Source of the DNA: Microcoleus vaginatus WJT46-NPBG5
Lineage (GTDB): Bacteria > Cyanobacteriota > Cyanobacteriia > Cyanobacteriales > Oscillatoriaceae
Assembly (NCBI GenBank): GCA_019359355.1
Contig: JAHHHM010000015.1
Coordinates: forward strand, 45,147-109,146
Reading direction: 5' to 3'
DNA: 64,000 nucleotides
Both the position numbers and the translations under genes were made by a program. Numbering within the stretch: position 1 is the first letter of the stretch; every line of letters starts with the position of its first letter. Positions 41,439 through 51,644 of the stretch are shown here, piece after piece. Under the pieces are notes generated by a model. The model saw nothing but the letters and a program-made list of their open reading frames with translations, searched no databases and was not told where the DNA came from.

Positions 41439-42542
41439 ATGGCTAAGGCAAGTATTATTATCGTCGAAGACGAGAGAATCATTGCTCTCGATCTAAAGAA
41501 TAGTTTAAAGAATTTAGGATATGCGGTGGCTGCCATTGTTTCTTCTGGAGAAAAAGCGATAGAGAAAGTTGCTGAAATTCATCCAGATTTAGTGTTGATG
41601 GATATTATGCTGCAAGGAAAAATGGATGGCGTAGAAGCGGCTGAAGTGATTCGCACACTCTATCAGGTTCCCGTGGTATTTTTAACTTCTCATACGGATG
41701 AAACAACTTTAGAAAAAGCCAAAAAAACTCAACCTTTTGGCTATATTGTCAAGCCTTTTGAAGAAAGAGATTTACACACCACTTTAGAGATTGCTTTGGC
41801 AAGAGCCAAGGCGGAAGCAGAAGTTTGTAAAGCGTTGGAAAAAGAAAAGGAACTGAATGAGCTGAAGTCTCGCTTTGTCTCGATGGTTTCCCATGAGTTC
41901 CGTACTCCCATGTCTACGATTCTTTTTTCCGCGACTTTACTGGAAAATTATGGAAATCGATGGACAGAGGAGAAAAAAGTCACTCATTTACATCGAATTC
42001 AAATCGCTATCAAGCAGATGACTGAAATGTTAGATTACATTTTGGTGATTGGTCAAGCGGATGCCGGCAAACTAGAATTTAACCCAACTTGTGTAGAGTT
42101 AAAAAAATTTTGCGGAGAAATCATGGAAGAAATGCAACTCACCACGGAGCATCAGCACCCCATCGATTGGATTTGCCAAGGGGACTGTACTGAAGCCAAA
42201 GTGGATGAAAAACTGCTACGACATATTCTCAGTAATTTGCTTTCTAATGCCATTAAGTATTCTCCCCCAAACAGCCCGATTAAGTTTGAACTCACCTGTG
42301 AGAAGGATCAGGCAGTTTTTCACATTGAAGACAAAGGGATCGGTATTACCGCAGAAGATCAAAAACGTCTGTTTGAGACTTTCCACCGAGGAACAAACGT
42401 TGGGACTATTTCTGGAACCGGCCTGGGATTGGCCATTGTTAAAAGAGCTGTGGACTTGCACGGTGGGGAGATATCGTGTCAAAGTGAAGTGGGTGCCGGC
42501 ACTGCATTTACTGTGACGCTGCCAATGAGAAACCATGTTTAG
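41439..42542 (+). CDS. Hybrid response regulator / histidine kinase (REC-HisKA-HATPase)
   Basis: REC with D at MDIML, H-box SHEFRTPMSTI, G-boxes GIGITAEDQ and GTGLGLAIVK. Starts 10 nt after the big kinase. Confidence 0.8.
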   Translation: MAKASIIIVEDERIIALDLKNSLKNLGYAVAAIVSSGEKAIEKVAEIHPDLVLMDIMLQGKMDGVEAAEVIRTLYQVPVVFLTSHTDETTLEKAKKTQPFGYIVKPFEERDLHTTLEIALARAKAEAEVCKALEKEKELNELKSRFVSMVSHEFRTPMSTILFSATLLENYGNRWTEEKKVTHLHRIQIAIKQMTEMLDYILVIGQADAGKLEFNPTCVELKKFCGEIMEEMQLTTEHQHPIDWICQGDCTEAKVDEKLLRHILSNLLSNAIKYSPPNSPIKFELTCEKDQAVFHIEDKGIGITAEDQKRLFETFHRGTNVGTISGTGLGLAIVKRAVDLHGGEISCQSEVGAGTAFTVTLPMRNHV

Positions 42543-42566
42543 TTTGGAGCTTTCCCACTCTGAAAA

Positions 42567-43289
42567 ATGAAAAAAATCTTAGTAATTGAAGACGAAGAAG
42601 TGGTTCGCACTAACATTTTAGAATTATTAGATGCAGAAAATTTTGAGGCGCTTGAGGCAAGTAATGGCCTGCTAGGCATTCAGTTAGCGCAAAAAAATTT
42701 GCCCGATTTAATTATTTGCGACATTATGATGCCAAACCTTGATGGTTATGCCGTTTTGGCCGCTTTAAGAAGTGAGCCGATGACGGCTACAATTCCCTTA
42801 ATTTTTCTCACTGCTAAAGATGACAGAAGTTCTACGAGAAAAGGAATGGAGTTAGGAGCAGACGATTATTTAACGAAACCATGTACTGCAAATGAATTGC
42901 TAAAAGCGATTTCAATTCGCCTAGAAAAACACGCTGCTTATAAGCAACAGTACGCGGTTGAACGAGAGCGAGCCAAAGGGCTGCAGCAAAGAGTACGAGA
43001 GCTTCAGCAGGTAAATACTACCGCAGAAGATTTGCTCCACAGCCTTTCTCAGGAATTGCGCGATCCGCTGTCGAATATCACGATGGCAATTCAGATGCTA
43101 AAAATTGCTCCAACTGAAGAAGCTCGCACTCGCTATCTCAAAATTTTGCAAGAAGAGTGCGCCCGCGAAATTGCCATCATTAACCAGCTTGCGAACTTGC
43201 AAGATTTGCTCACGCCTGAAAATGTTAAGCTGCTGAGTCGAATAAATTTTATCAGAACGTTTAATTCTAATTCAAATTCCAGTTTGTAG
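42567..43289 (+). CDS. Response regulator (REC) with C-terminal coiled-coil / degenerate HisKA-like segment
   Basis: REC MKKILVIEDEEVVRTNILELL...CDIMMPNLDG...TKPC; C-terminal region has H-box-like LSQELRDPLSNI without an ATPase domain. Confidence 0.7.
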   Translation: MKKILVIEDEEVVRTNILELLDAENFEALEASNGLLGIQLAQKNLPDLIICDIMMPNLDGYAVLAALRSEPMTATIPLIFLTAKDDRSSTRKGMELGADDYLTKPCTANELLKAISIRLEKHAAYKQQYAVERERAKGLQQRVRELQQVNTTAEDLLHSLSQELRDPLSNITMAIQMLKIAPTEEARTRYLKILQEECAREIAIINQLANLQDLLTPENVKLLSRINFIRTFNSNSNSSL

Positions 43290-43363
43290 TATTCTTAGAG
43301 AAAATTGCCGAAAGTTTAAGTGAATTGAGCGAAGTTGAACTTTGTTAAAAATTTACAAGAAGT

Positions 43364-45136
43364 ATGCCAAAAATTCTAGTCATAGAAGATGAAAAATTAA
43401 TCCGGGAAAACATTTTAGAACTACTGGAGCTAGAGGCGTTTGAAGCCATTGGAGCGGAAAATGGCCGAGCAGGTTTGCAGATAGCAACTGAAAAATTGCC
43501 AGATTTGATTATTTGCGATGTGATGATGCCAGAAATTGATGGCTTCAGTGTCTTGAATGCGTTAAGAAATGATCCCCGTACGGCAACCATTCCTTTTATC
43601 TTTCTGACTGCCAGAACCGACCGGCTTGATGTGCGTGCCGGCATGGAGCTGGGTGCGGATGATTATATTACCAAACCGTGTACACCGGATGAACTGCTGA
43701 GGGCAATCGCCACGCGGCTGAAAAAATCCGCAGCTTGGCAAAAGCAGTACAATACACAACTAAACCAGGCATCAGATCGGCTGAATAATTTGCTTTATTT
43801 TGACGGCTTAACCAACGTACCAAATCGGCTGTCTTTGCAAGATCGGTTTAATCAAATGATTGCTGCACTCGCTGCAAAAGACCCTGATAAATTTCCAACA
43901 AAAAACTTGGAATCTTTAACGGTACCAATTTTGTGTGTAGGGCTAGACCGCTTTAGCCGAATTAATGAGACGCTAGGATATGAATTCGGTGATTTATTGC
44001 TAAAAGCTGTGGCTGACCGGCTGACAAGCAAAGTTGGTGACGGCAGCACAGTTGCTCGCTTAAATGCCGATCAATTTGCCATTCTTTTAGCGCCTGTTGC
44101 TCACAAAAAAGCGGCTGCCGAATCTATTCAAATTCTGCAACATAATTTATGCCGACCTTTCTTTATAAACGGTAGAGAAGTTTTTGTTACTGCTAGCATT
44201 GGTGTCGCTTTTTATCCTCGTCATGGCAGCGAGCTGGATAAATTACTGCAATATGCCAAAAAGGCGATGGATCGGGTGAAGCACCAGGGGGGAAATGGCT
44301 ATGAATTTTACAAGCGGGCTTTTCCTGTTGGAGATTCTGATCAGCTAGCCCTAGAAACCGACCTACGCTATGCCTTAGAAGGCGAAGAACTTGCATTACA
44401 CTACCAGCCCCAAGTGAGCCTGCAGACCGGCAAAATTGTTGGCTGCGAAGCACTTTTGCGTTGGCATCATCCCCAACGTGGCTCTATTTCGCCGGCAAAA
44501 TTTATTCCGCTGGCTGAAGAAACCGGCTTGATTGAACCGATTGGGGAATGGGTTTTAAGTACCGCTTGCCGGCAAGGCAAAGCGTGGCAGGCTAATGGGT
44601 ATGGATCTTTACGCGTGGCGGTAAATTTATCAGGCCGGCAATTCACTCAACTCAATTTGCGCCAACGCGTTGTGGAGATATTAGCTCAAACAAATTTCAA
44701 TCCTGAGTGTTTAGATTTAGAGCTGACTGAAGGGATACTCGTGCAAAATGCAGAGGTAGCAATCCGCCAGTTAAATGCTTTAAAAGCGATTGGGGTGCAG
44801 ATAGCAATTGATGACTTTGGCACAGGTTACTCGTCATTAAGTTATTTGCGACAATTCCCATTTGATATTTTAAAAATCGACCGCTCCTTTGTCAGTAATC
44901 TTCACAAAGATGCTAAAAATACAGCGATTACGACCGCTTTAATTCAACTAGCTCATCAGCTAAACTTAAAGGTAATTGCAGAAGGGGTAGAAACCGAAGC
45001 CGAACTGACTTTCTTATCCCAGCATCAATGTGATGAAATTCAAGGCTATTATTTTAGCCGACCTGTGCCAAGTTTCGAGTTTGAGAAATTACTAGCCGGC
45101 GCTAATCGATTGCAACTTTCACAAAATTATATCTGA
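43364..45136 (+). CDS. Response regulator with degenerate GGDEF and intact EAL domain (probable c-di-GMP phosphodiesterase)
   Basis: REC paralogue, then a GGDEF fold where the active site reads NADQF (not GG[D/E]EF), then EAL with ECEALLRWHHPQRG, DDFGTGYSSL, KIDRSFV, EGVET. Confidence 0.85.
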   Translation: MPKILVIEDEKLIRENILELLELEAFEAIGAENGRAGLQIATEKLPDLIICDVMMPEIDGFSVLNALRNDPRTATIPFIFLTARTDRLDVRAGMELGADDYITKPCTPDELLRAIATRLKKSAAWQKQYNTQLNQASDRLNNLLYFDGLTNVPNRLSLQDRFNQMIAALAAKDPDKFPTKNLESLTVPILCVGLDRFSRINETLGYEFGDLLLKAVADRLTSKVGDGSTVARLNADQFAILLAPVAHKKAAAESIQILQHNLCRPFFINGREVFVTASIGVAFYPRHGSELDKLLQYAKKAMDRVKHQGGNGYEFYKRAFPVGDSDQLALETDLRYALEGEELALHYQPQVSLQTGKIVGCEALLRWHHPQRGSISPAKFIPLAEETGLIEPIGEWVLSTACRQGKAWQANGYGSLRVAVNLSGRQFTQLNLRQRVVEILAQTNFNPECLDLELTEGILVQNAEVAIRQLNALKAIGVQIAIDDFGTGYSSLSYLRQFPFDILKIDRSFVSNLHKDAKNTAITTALIQLAHQLNLKVIAEGVETEAELTFLSQHQCDEIQGYYFSRPVPSFEFEKLLAGANRLQLSQNYI

Positions 45137-45311
45137 ACAATGATGAGTCATGAGCGAATAACTAAGGGTAGAACTTCTCAAATTTGTAATGAGCAATGAG
45201 CAACTGATCGTTATACAGGAGAAGATTCGTATGGGATAAATTTAAAAACAGATTCAGAGGTTGATTTTCCCTTAATTATGACCCTACTAACTAACAAATG
45301 ATAGCCAACAA

Positions 45312-46400
45312 ATGATCAAAATTTTAATCATTGAAGACGAAAGTGAAATCCGCGAGAACATTATAGAATTGCTTGAGGCGGAAAATTTCAAAGCAATCGG
45401 GGCGGAAACCGGCAAAATTGGCCTCAAACTGGCTGCCGAGCATTTGCCAGATTTAATTTTGTGCGATGTGATGATGCCAGAAATTGATGGTTATGCCGTA
45501 CTGGAAGCATTGCGTCAAGATCCACTGACAGCAACAATTCCCTTCATTTTTCTGACTGCTTTTGCTGACAAAGCACAAACTCGGAAGGGAATGGAACTGG
45601 GTGCAGACGATTATGTATCCAAACCGTGTAGCATTAAAGAATTGCTGAGAACAATTACCACTCGGCTCGAAAAGCAAGCAGCCATTGAGCGGCAACAAAC
45701 CCAAAAGCTTGAGAAATTACGCAGTAATATTATTTTATCGTTGCCCCATGAACTGCGAACTCCCCTGAATGGAATTCTTGCTTTTTCAGAACTTCTTCTT
45801 GAGGATTACGAATCTCTCGAAAGGTCAGAAGTTCAAGAAATGTTAGAGCATATTTATCGATCTGGAAAGCGATTATATCGGCTGACTCAAAATTTTTTGC
45901 TGTATGCCGAACTTGAGCTAATTGCCACCGATCCAGAAAGAGTCAAAGGACTGAAAAACAGCGAGACAAGTTTTGTCAAGAGCATTATTAAAAATGCTGC
46001 GGCTACTCACGCTAAACAAGTCTGTCGCGCCACCGATCTGCATTTAGATATTGAAGAAACAAGCGTGAAAATATCACCAGAGCGACTGATGAAACTCGTT
46101 GAAGAACTAGTGGATAATGCTTTTAAGTTTTCCGAAACCGGCACACCCGTGAAAGTTGCTAGCCGCATTGAAAATAATCAGTTTATTTTATCTGTCACGA
46201 ATCAGGGACGGGGTATGAAAGCGCAACAAATTGCTGAGGTGGGAGCTTATATGCAATTTGAGCGTAAGATATATGAACAGCAAGGCACGGGGTTAGGGCT
46301 AAGCCTCTCTAAACGCTTAGCAGAATTACACGGAGGGGGATTAACGATTGAGAGTGTACCTGATCAAGAAACCACAGTTTTTGTAACGCTTCCCTGCTGA
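45312..46400 (+). CDS. Hybrid response regulator / histidine kinase (REC-HisKA-HATPase)
   Basis: Third paralogous REC (MIKILIIEDESEIRENIIELLEAENF), H-box LPHELRTPLNGI, G2 GTGLGLSLSKRLAELHGG. Confidence 0.8.
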   Translation: MIKILIIEDESEIRENIIELLEAENFKAIGAETGKIGLKLAAEHLPDLILCDVMMPEIDGYAVLEALRQDPLTATIPFIFLTAFADKAQTRKGMELGADDYVSKPCSIKELLRTITTRLEKQAAIERQQTQKLEKLRSNIILSLPHELRTPLNGILAFSELLLEDYESLERSEVQEMLEHIYRSGKRLYRLTQNFLLYAELELIATDPERVKGLKNSETSFVKSIIKNAAATHAKQVCRATDLHLDIEETSVKISPERLMKLVEELVDNAFKFSETGTPVKVASRIENNQFILSVTNQGRGMKAQQIAEVGAYMQFERKIYEQQGTGLGLSLSKRLAELHGGGLTIESVPDQETTVFVTLPC

Positions 46401-46574
46401 AGAGTGCCGGTTTTAACTTCTCTTATTTTTTTGTGGGTTTCTTTTTTCAAGGTGTTAATTTCTTGTAAAATTGCAGTCTAAATCATAATTTAATATCACA
46501 GGCAATGCCCATATATGCTCCGCCAACGTAAAATAAGGGATTGGAAGTTTCTAGCCTAAGTCCCCCAATAAAAA

Positions 46575-47483
46575 ATGAATCTAAAATCCTTAAACTCTAG
46601 TACTAATTGGCAGCGCCTCACGCCTTACCTGTTTTTGCTTCCCGCCTTGTTGTTGCTGGGACTAACTGTTTTTTGGCCGGCATTTCAAGCTTTTTATCTC
46701 AGCTTCACCCGCTTTGAATATGATTTAACTGAAGCACCGCAGTGGGTGGGATTGGCTAATTTCCAGAAATTATTCGCTGATCCGATTTTTTTACAAACCC
46801 TTTGGAATACTCTACTTTATCTGCTCTGTGTCGTGCCGGTTTTGGTTGCGGCACCTCTGGGACTTGCAATTTTGGTGAATCAAAAATTGCGCGGCATCGC
46901 TTGGTTTCGCGCGGCTTATTATACGCCGGTGGTGATTTCAATGGTGGTTGCCGGCATTGCTTGGAAGTGGCTTTATGCAGAAACTGGCTTGCTAAATCAA
47001 CTGCTTCAACTGCTTGGTTTGGTGCGTGCCGGCGAGGAAATTCCCTGGCTGACTAGCCCCAAGTTTGCCCTTTTTAGCGTCATGGCGGTTACGATTTGGA
47101 AGGGTTTGGGATATTACATGGTAATTTATTTAGCCGGCTTACAAGCGATTCCTGCTGAGTTGTATGAAGCCGGTGCTATTGATGGTTCAGATGGCATTCG
47201 TAAGCATTGGGATATTACCGTTCCCTTAATGAAACCTTATTTATTATTGGTAGCAGTGATATCGGCAATTTCTGCAACCAAAGTGTTTGAAGAAGTTTAT
47301 ATTATGACTCAAGGAGGGCCACGGAGCAGTTCTAAAACCATTGTATATTATCTTTATGAAAAGGCTTTTCGAGAATTGGAAATGAGCTATGCTTGTACAA
47401 TTGGTTTAGTGCTGTTTTTACTGATTTTGGGTTTGTCTGTTATTAATTTAAAGCTAGCAGATATACGCGGAAGAGTCAGTTAG
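46575..47483 (+). CDS. Sugar ABC transporter permease (MalF/UgpA-type)
   Basis: Six TM segments and the EAA-like loop YEAGAIDGSDGIRKHWDITVPL of binding-protein-dependent permeases. Confidence 0.8.
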   Translation: MNLKSLNSSTNWQRLTPYLFLLPALLLLGLTVFWPAFQAFYLSFTRFEYDLTEAPQWVGLANFQKLFADPIFLQTLWNTLLYLLCVVPVLVAAPLGLAILVNQKLRGIAWFRAAYYTPVVISMVVAGIAWKWLYAETGLLNQLLQLLGLVRAGEEIPWLTSPKFALFSVMAVTIWKGLGYYMVIYLAGLQAIPAELYEAGAIDGSDGIRKHWDITVPLMKPYLLLVAVISAISATKVFEEVYIMTQGGPRSSSKTIVYYLYEKAFRELEMSYACTIGLVLFLLILGLSVINLKLADIRGRVS

Positions 47484-47588
47484 GTGCTTGGTAAAACTTG
47501 AAGATTCTTTAGAGAAATATTCCGTTTCTCTGTAGAATATGGTAATAACGTCTCTATTCTGAAATAAAATAGAAATATAAAGGAAAAA

Positions 47589-48359
47589 TTGATGGCGAGA
47601 CGTGTTGAAGGCAAAGTTGCTCTCGTAACAGGAGGTGCTTCAGGAATTGGCAAAGCGACTGTTGAAATGTTGGTACGTGAAGGCGCTCAAGTTGTCATAA
47701 CCGATATGAATGAGAGCGAAGGTAAAACGCTTATTGAAGAAATTCCCGGCACAATTTTTCTGTGGCATAATGTAACGAATGAAACTCTTTGGGAGTCGGT
47801 AATTTCTGAAACGATCACTGAGTTTGGAAAGTTAGATATTTTGGTGAATTGTGCGGGAGTAACCGGCATGAAAGCTCCACAAAATCCAGAAAACACAACT
47901 TTAGATACTTGGCGTCAGGTAATGAGTGTGAATATGGAAGGCGTGTTTCTTGGCTGTAAACACGCGATTCCTGCGATGAAAGAAAAGGGAGGCGGTTCAA
48001 TTGTGAATGTGTCCTCCTATGCCGGCATCATTGGCACTCCGTTTGCGACGGCTTATGGTGCGAGTAAAGCCGGTGTTCAGCAATTCTCTAAATCTATCGC
48101 CCTGTATTGTGCCCAGCAAGGCTATAAAATTCGCTGCAATTCTATTCTACCTGGAGCAATTTTAACACCTTTGTGGGAGCCATTTCTGAGCGGAGAAGAA
48201 CGCGAGGAACGCATGAAGCAGGTGGTAAAAGATATTCCTCTTAAAGTGTGGGGAGAACCCGATGATGTTGCTTATGCAATTCTTTACCTTGCTTCAGATG
48301 AATCTAAGTTTGTAACAGGATCTGAGATTGTGGTAGATGGGGGGCAATCTGCTGTTTAA
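47589..48359 (+). CDS. SDR-family oxidoreductase
   Basis: TGGASGIGKAT cofactor motif, NCAG, catalytic YGASK. Confidence 0.85.
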   Translation: MMARRVEGKVALVTGGASGIGKATVEMLVREGAQVVITDMNESEGKTLIEEIPGTIFLWHNVTNETLWESVISETITEFGKLDILVNCAGVTGMKAPQNPENTTLDTWRQVMSVNMEGVFLGCKHAIPAMKEKGGGSIVNVSSYAGIIGTPFATAYGASKAGVQQFSKSIALYCAQQGYKIRCNSILPGAILTPLWEPFLSGEEREERMKQVVKDIPLKVWGEPDDVAYAILYLASDESKFVTGSEIVVDGGQSAV

Positions 48360-48530
48360 CCAGGAAAAAAGATTTAATCGATGGCATCGTTAACGCAATG
48401 CTTAAGGTGACTCAAAAAAATATTCGGAACTGGTTTGCTCATTGTTGCTACTGTACCTCATGATTTCGAGAATTGCTAAAATTAATTTGTAGATAGCTTC
48501 TAGTACGTCCTCCTTGAGGCATAACTCCTA

Positions 48531-49988
48531 TCAGATTTTTTTAAGTCGTGGATAAAGGGATTGATATCGAAACCAAGCCTCTTCTAGGGTTGGATCAACT
48601 GATTGCGGACTTGCAGCAAGCGTTGGTGTGGCTGCCAGTTTGATGGTGTCATTAGCATCTGCGTATACGCCAATTCCGATACCCGCCAGTAGAGCAGCAC
48701 CACGTCCAGAAGCCGCAGCAACTGTAGTTGAATAGAGGGGTATTCTCAATACATCACTCAGTAATTGTTTCCAAGGCATTTCTGCCGTTCCACCGCCGGC
48801 TAAACGCAGTTCTGTCGCCTTAAAACCTGTTGCCTCCAGTGCCTCAAAACCTTGTCGCAAGGCAAAAGCAACTCCCTCTAAAGCCGCCCGCATCAGGTGC
48901 GCCTGTGTGTGATGAAGTCCAAGCCCCACCCATGCCCCCCGTACATAGGGGTCGAGGTGTGGAGTTCGCTCACCTGTGAGGTATGGCAAAAATGTCAACC
49001 CTTCACATCCTGGGGGAACAGAAAACGCTTTAGTATAGACTTCCTGCCAGCTCAAACCGAGGATACCTCGCACCCACTCAAGCGCTAACCCGGCATTTTG
49101 CATTGCGGCAAGGGTATACCACTGGTTAGGTACGGCGGTTCGATAGAGATGTGTACGACCATGAGGATCGATAATGGGTTGCGATCGAGGTGTAATGATT
49201 TGAGCGCCTGTGCCGATGGTTAGTTGAACCAAACCAGGCTCTAGTAGTCCGTTACCAAGTGCCGCCGCTGCGGTATCCGCAGCACCAGCGATCACGGGTA
49301 AGCCAACTCTTAAGCCAAGATGCTCTGAAGCAATAGTTGTTAGGTAGCCGGCGATCGCACTAGAGGGGATAATTTCTGGTAACCAATCACCACGTAGATT
49401 CAGCGCCGAGATTGCATCCTCAGCCCAGTTGTCCGACACAACATCGTAAAGCAAAGTACCACTAGCATCAGATGGTTCGGTTGCAACTTCTCCAGTCATC
49501 CGTAACCGCAGCCAATCTTTTGGCTGAAGTGCCCAACGCGCTTCGGTGTAGACAGTAGCCTCGTGTTCTCGTAGCCACAACAAAGTGGGGCCGGCCATTC
49601 CAGCCGTAATCGGGTTGCCCAATCGCTCTAGAATAGCGGCATCGAGCGCATGATAAGCGCTAAGCGTGGCACTAGAGCGAGTATCTGCCCAGAGAATAGC
49701 AGGACGCAGAGGCTGACCCGACTCCGAAGCTAGAACAACACCATGCATCTGTCCTGAAAGTGAGATGGCTTGTACTCGATCGGCATAATTTCCTACAGCC
49801 TTCCTCACAGCCGAGGCAACAGCTAACCACCAATCCCCTGGCTCAGACTCAGCCCATCCAGGGTGGGGTGCATGAACAGGATAGGAGCTTGATGCTTCAC
49901 CTATAGCGGTTCCGTCTGTGGCTAGGAGCAATGCCTTAGCAGAGCCTGTTCCTAAATCTATTCCAAGCAGCATTAGGCTAATCCTCAA
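48531..49988 (-). CDS. FGGY-family carbohydrate kinase (xylulokinase-like)
   Basis: N-terminal LGIDLGTGSAKALL actin-like ATPase motif and FGGY C-domain (GGGTAEMPWKQLLSDVL). Start possibly the MLLGIDLG Met at 49970. Confidence 0.75.
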   Translation of the reverse strand: MRISLMLLGIDLGTGSAKALLLATDGTAIGEASSSYPVHAPHPGWAESEPGDWWLAVASAVRKAVGNYADRVQAISLSGQMHGVVLASESGQPLRPAILWADTRSSATLSAYHALDAAILERLGNPITAGMAGPTLLWLREHEATVYTEARWALQPKDWLRLRMTGEVATEPSDASGTLLYDVVSDNWAEDAISALNLRGDWLPEIIPSSAIAGYLTTIASEHLGLRVGLPVIAGAADTAAAALGNGLLEPGLVQLTIGTGAQIITPRSQPIIDPHGRTHLYRTAVPNQWYTLAAMQNAGLALEWVRGILGLSWQEVYTKAFSVPPGCEGLTFLPYLTGERTPHLDPYVRGAWVGLGLHHTQAHLMRAALEGVAFALRQGFEALEATGFKATELRLAGGGTAEMPWKQLLSDVLRIPLYSTTVAAASGRGAALLAGIGIGVYADANDTIKLAATPTLAASPQSVDPTLEEAWFRYQSLYPRLKKI

Positions 49989-50203
49989 ATACTTTATCGT
50001 TTCTCCTTAAGTTTGCTACAGATGATTGACACGGGGACGCTCCGGACGCGGAGACCGTGATACTTCTACATAATTGGTGCCGCCGAACACTTCTTTTTTG
50101 TCCAAAGCCCAATACTAATGGTATATCTACCCCTTCTAAACGGTCAAGCTTTTTCTACCATTCGGCAGGGGCTTCAGCTTGAAAAATTTTTTATGATTGT
50201 TAT

Positions 50204-51409
50204 GTGCAAAACCTGCCTTTATCTCTCTTTAATTTCACCTTAATAAATAATATGAGCTTCCTTTCGATCGAAGAACTGAAAGAACTCGTCGAACAGCCGC
50301 AAGGGCTATGTGTATCGATCTACATGCCGACCGTGCAGCTTGGGTCAGAAATTCAGCAAAACTCTGTCCGCTTTAAGAATCTCATTCGGCAGGCGGAAGC
50401 AGCGTTAGAAAAATATGAATCACCTCCGGCTAATCCAGAGCAATTTCTTCAGCCGGCAATGATGTTGGATGAAGATGACTTTTGGCAGCATCAGGACGCA
50501 GGTTTAGCTTTATTCATTTCAGAAGGGTTCTTCCGCTTCTATCGTGTACCAATCGACATGATTGAATTGGTGGTGGTGAATACTCGCTTTCATCTCAAGC
50601 CGTTAATTCCGCTGTTGAGTGGAGATGACCGCTTCTATATTCTCACGCTCGGTCAACGTGATGTGCGCCTTGTGGAAGCTAACCGCTACGGCATCACCCG
50701 TGAAGTCGAAATCGAAGGCTTGCCGAAGAGTATGGATGAAGCCTTGCAGTATGATGAAACGGCGAAAGATGAACAGCGACGTCAGGGCGCGGGCGCAGGT
50801 CGTTCAGCTTTGCAAGCAGGTGGTTCCTATCACGGACAGGGCGGCGAACGCGAAAACGTTAAGGAAGATTTGCTGCAATATTTCCTGTTAGTTGATAAAA
50901 GCTTGCATGACTTCTTTCGCAACCGCCGCTCGCCACTTGTGCTAGCTGGGGTTAACTATTTACTGCCGATTTACCAAGAGGCGAATACCTACAATTTCAT
51001 TGTAGAAGAAGGAATTCAACACAACACAAAGGAGCGAACAGCACAAGAACTTCATGCAGAAGCCTGGGCGATTGTGGAGCCGCTATTTCAAGCAGACCAG
51101 CAAAAAGCGATTGATTACTATCATGAGTCGATCGCCGCTGGCAAAGGATCAAAGGACTTGGACGAAGTTATTCAAGGCGCGTTTTATGGTCGAGTAGAAC
51201 AGCTTTTTGTTCCGGTCGGTGTGCAAAAATGGGGGCATTTTGATCCGGACTCAATGGAGCTTGAAAGGCACGATGAGGCTCAACCGGGCGATGAAGATTT
51301 GCTGAATGCAGCAGCCATTCAAACGATCTTTCATGGGGGCACGGTGTACGCCGTTGAACCGGGAGCAGTGCCAGATGAGGCACCTGTTGCAGCAGTCTTT
51401 CGCTACTAA
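50204..51409 (+). CDS. Conserved hypothetical protein (possibly an eRF1/Pelota-like baeRF-type fold; unverified)
   Basis: About 385 aa hydrophilic protein with a Gly-rich loop (GGSYHGQGGERE) and C-terminus AAIQTIFHGGTVYAV...VAAVFRY; no firm family. True start probably MSFLSIEEL at 50252. Confidence 0.4.
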   Translation: MQNLPLSLFNFTLINNMSFLSIEELKELVEQPQGLCVSIYMPTVQLGSEIQQNSVRFKNLIRQAEAALEKYESPPANPEQFLQPAMMLDEDDFWQHQDAGLALFISEGFFRFYRVPIDMIELVVVNTRFHLKPLIPLLSGDDRFYILTLGQRDVRLVEANRYGITREVEIEGLPKSMDEALQYDETAKDEQRRQGAGAGRSALQAGGSYHGQGGERENVKEDLLQYFLLVDKSLHDFFRNRRSPLVLAGVNYLLPIYQEANTYNFIVEEGIQHNTKERTAQELHAEAWAIVEPLFQADQQKAIDYYHESIAAGKGSKDLDEVIQGAFYGRVEQLFVPVGVQKWGHFDPDSMELERHDEAQPGDEDLLNAAAIQTIFHGGTVYAVEPGAVPDEAPVAAVFRY

Positions 51410-51644
51410 TTGGCCCAATGTTAAGTGGATGCCTAAGCCAGGAAGTCACTCTCCTGGCTCGGCTACAAAACCGTGCATGAATCGTTAGATTCACACGGCT
51501 CCTCAATGACTTGGTGCTTGTCAAACACACCTATAAATTCCGAGTTAGAAGGGATTACGGTTGAAGGGACTTCAGAAAATACAGCGGTTCCCGCTGTAAG
51601 AGCTGTATATTTTATTTCTTGGAAGTCCCTAAACTACATTGTAA

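Noticed and set aside
43364-45136. Possibility that this GGDEF-EAL protein is a diguanylate cyclase
   Set aside because: The GGDEF signature is NADQF, which lacks both glycines and the catalytic Glu; only the EAL half looks functional.
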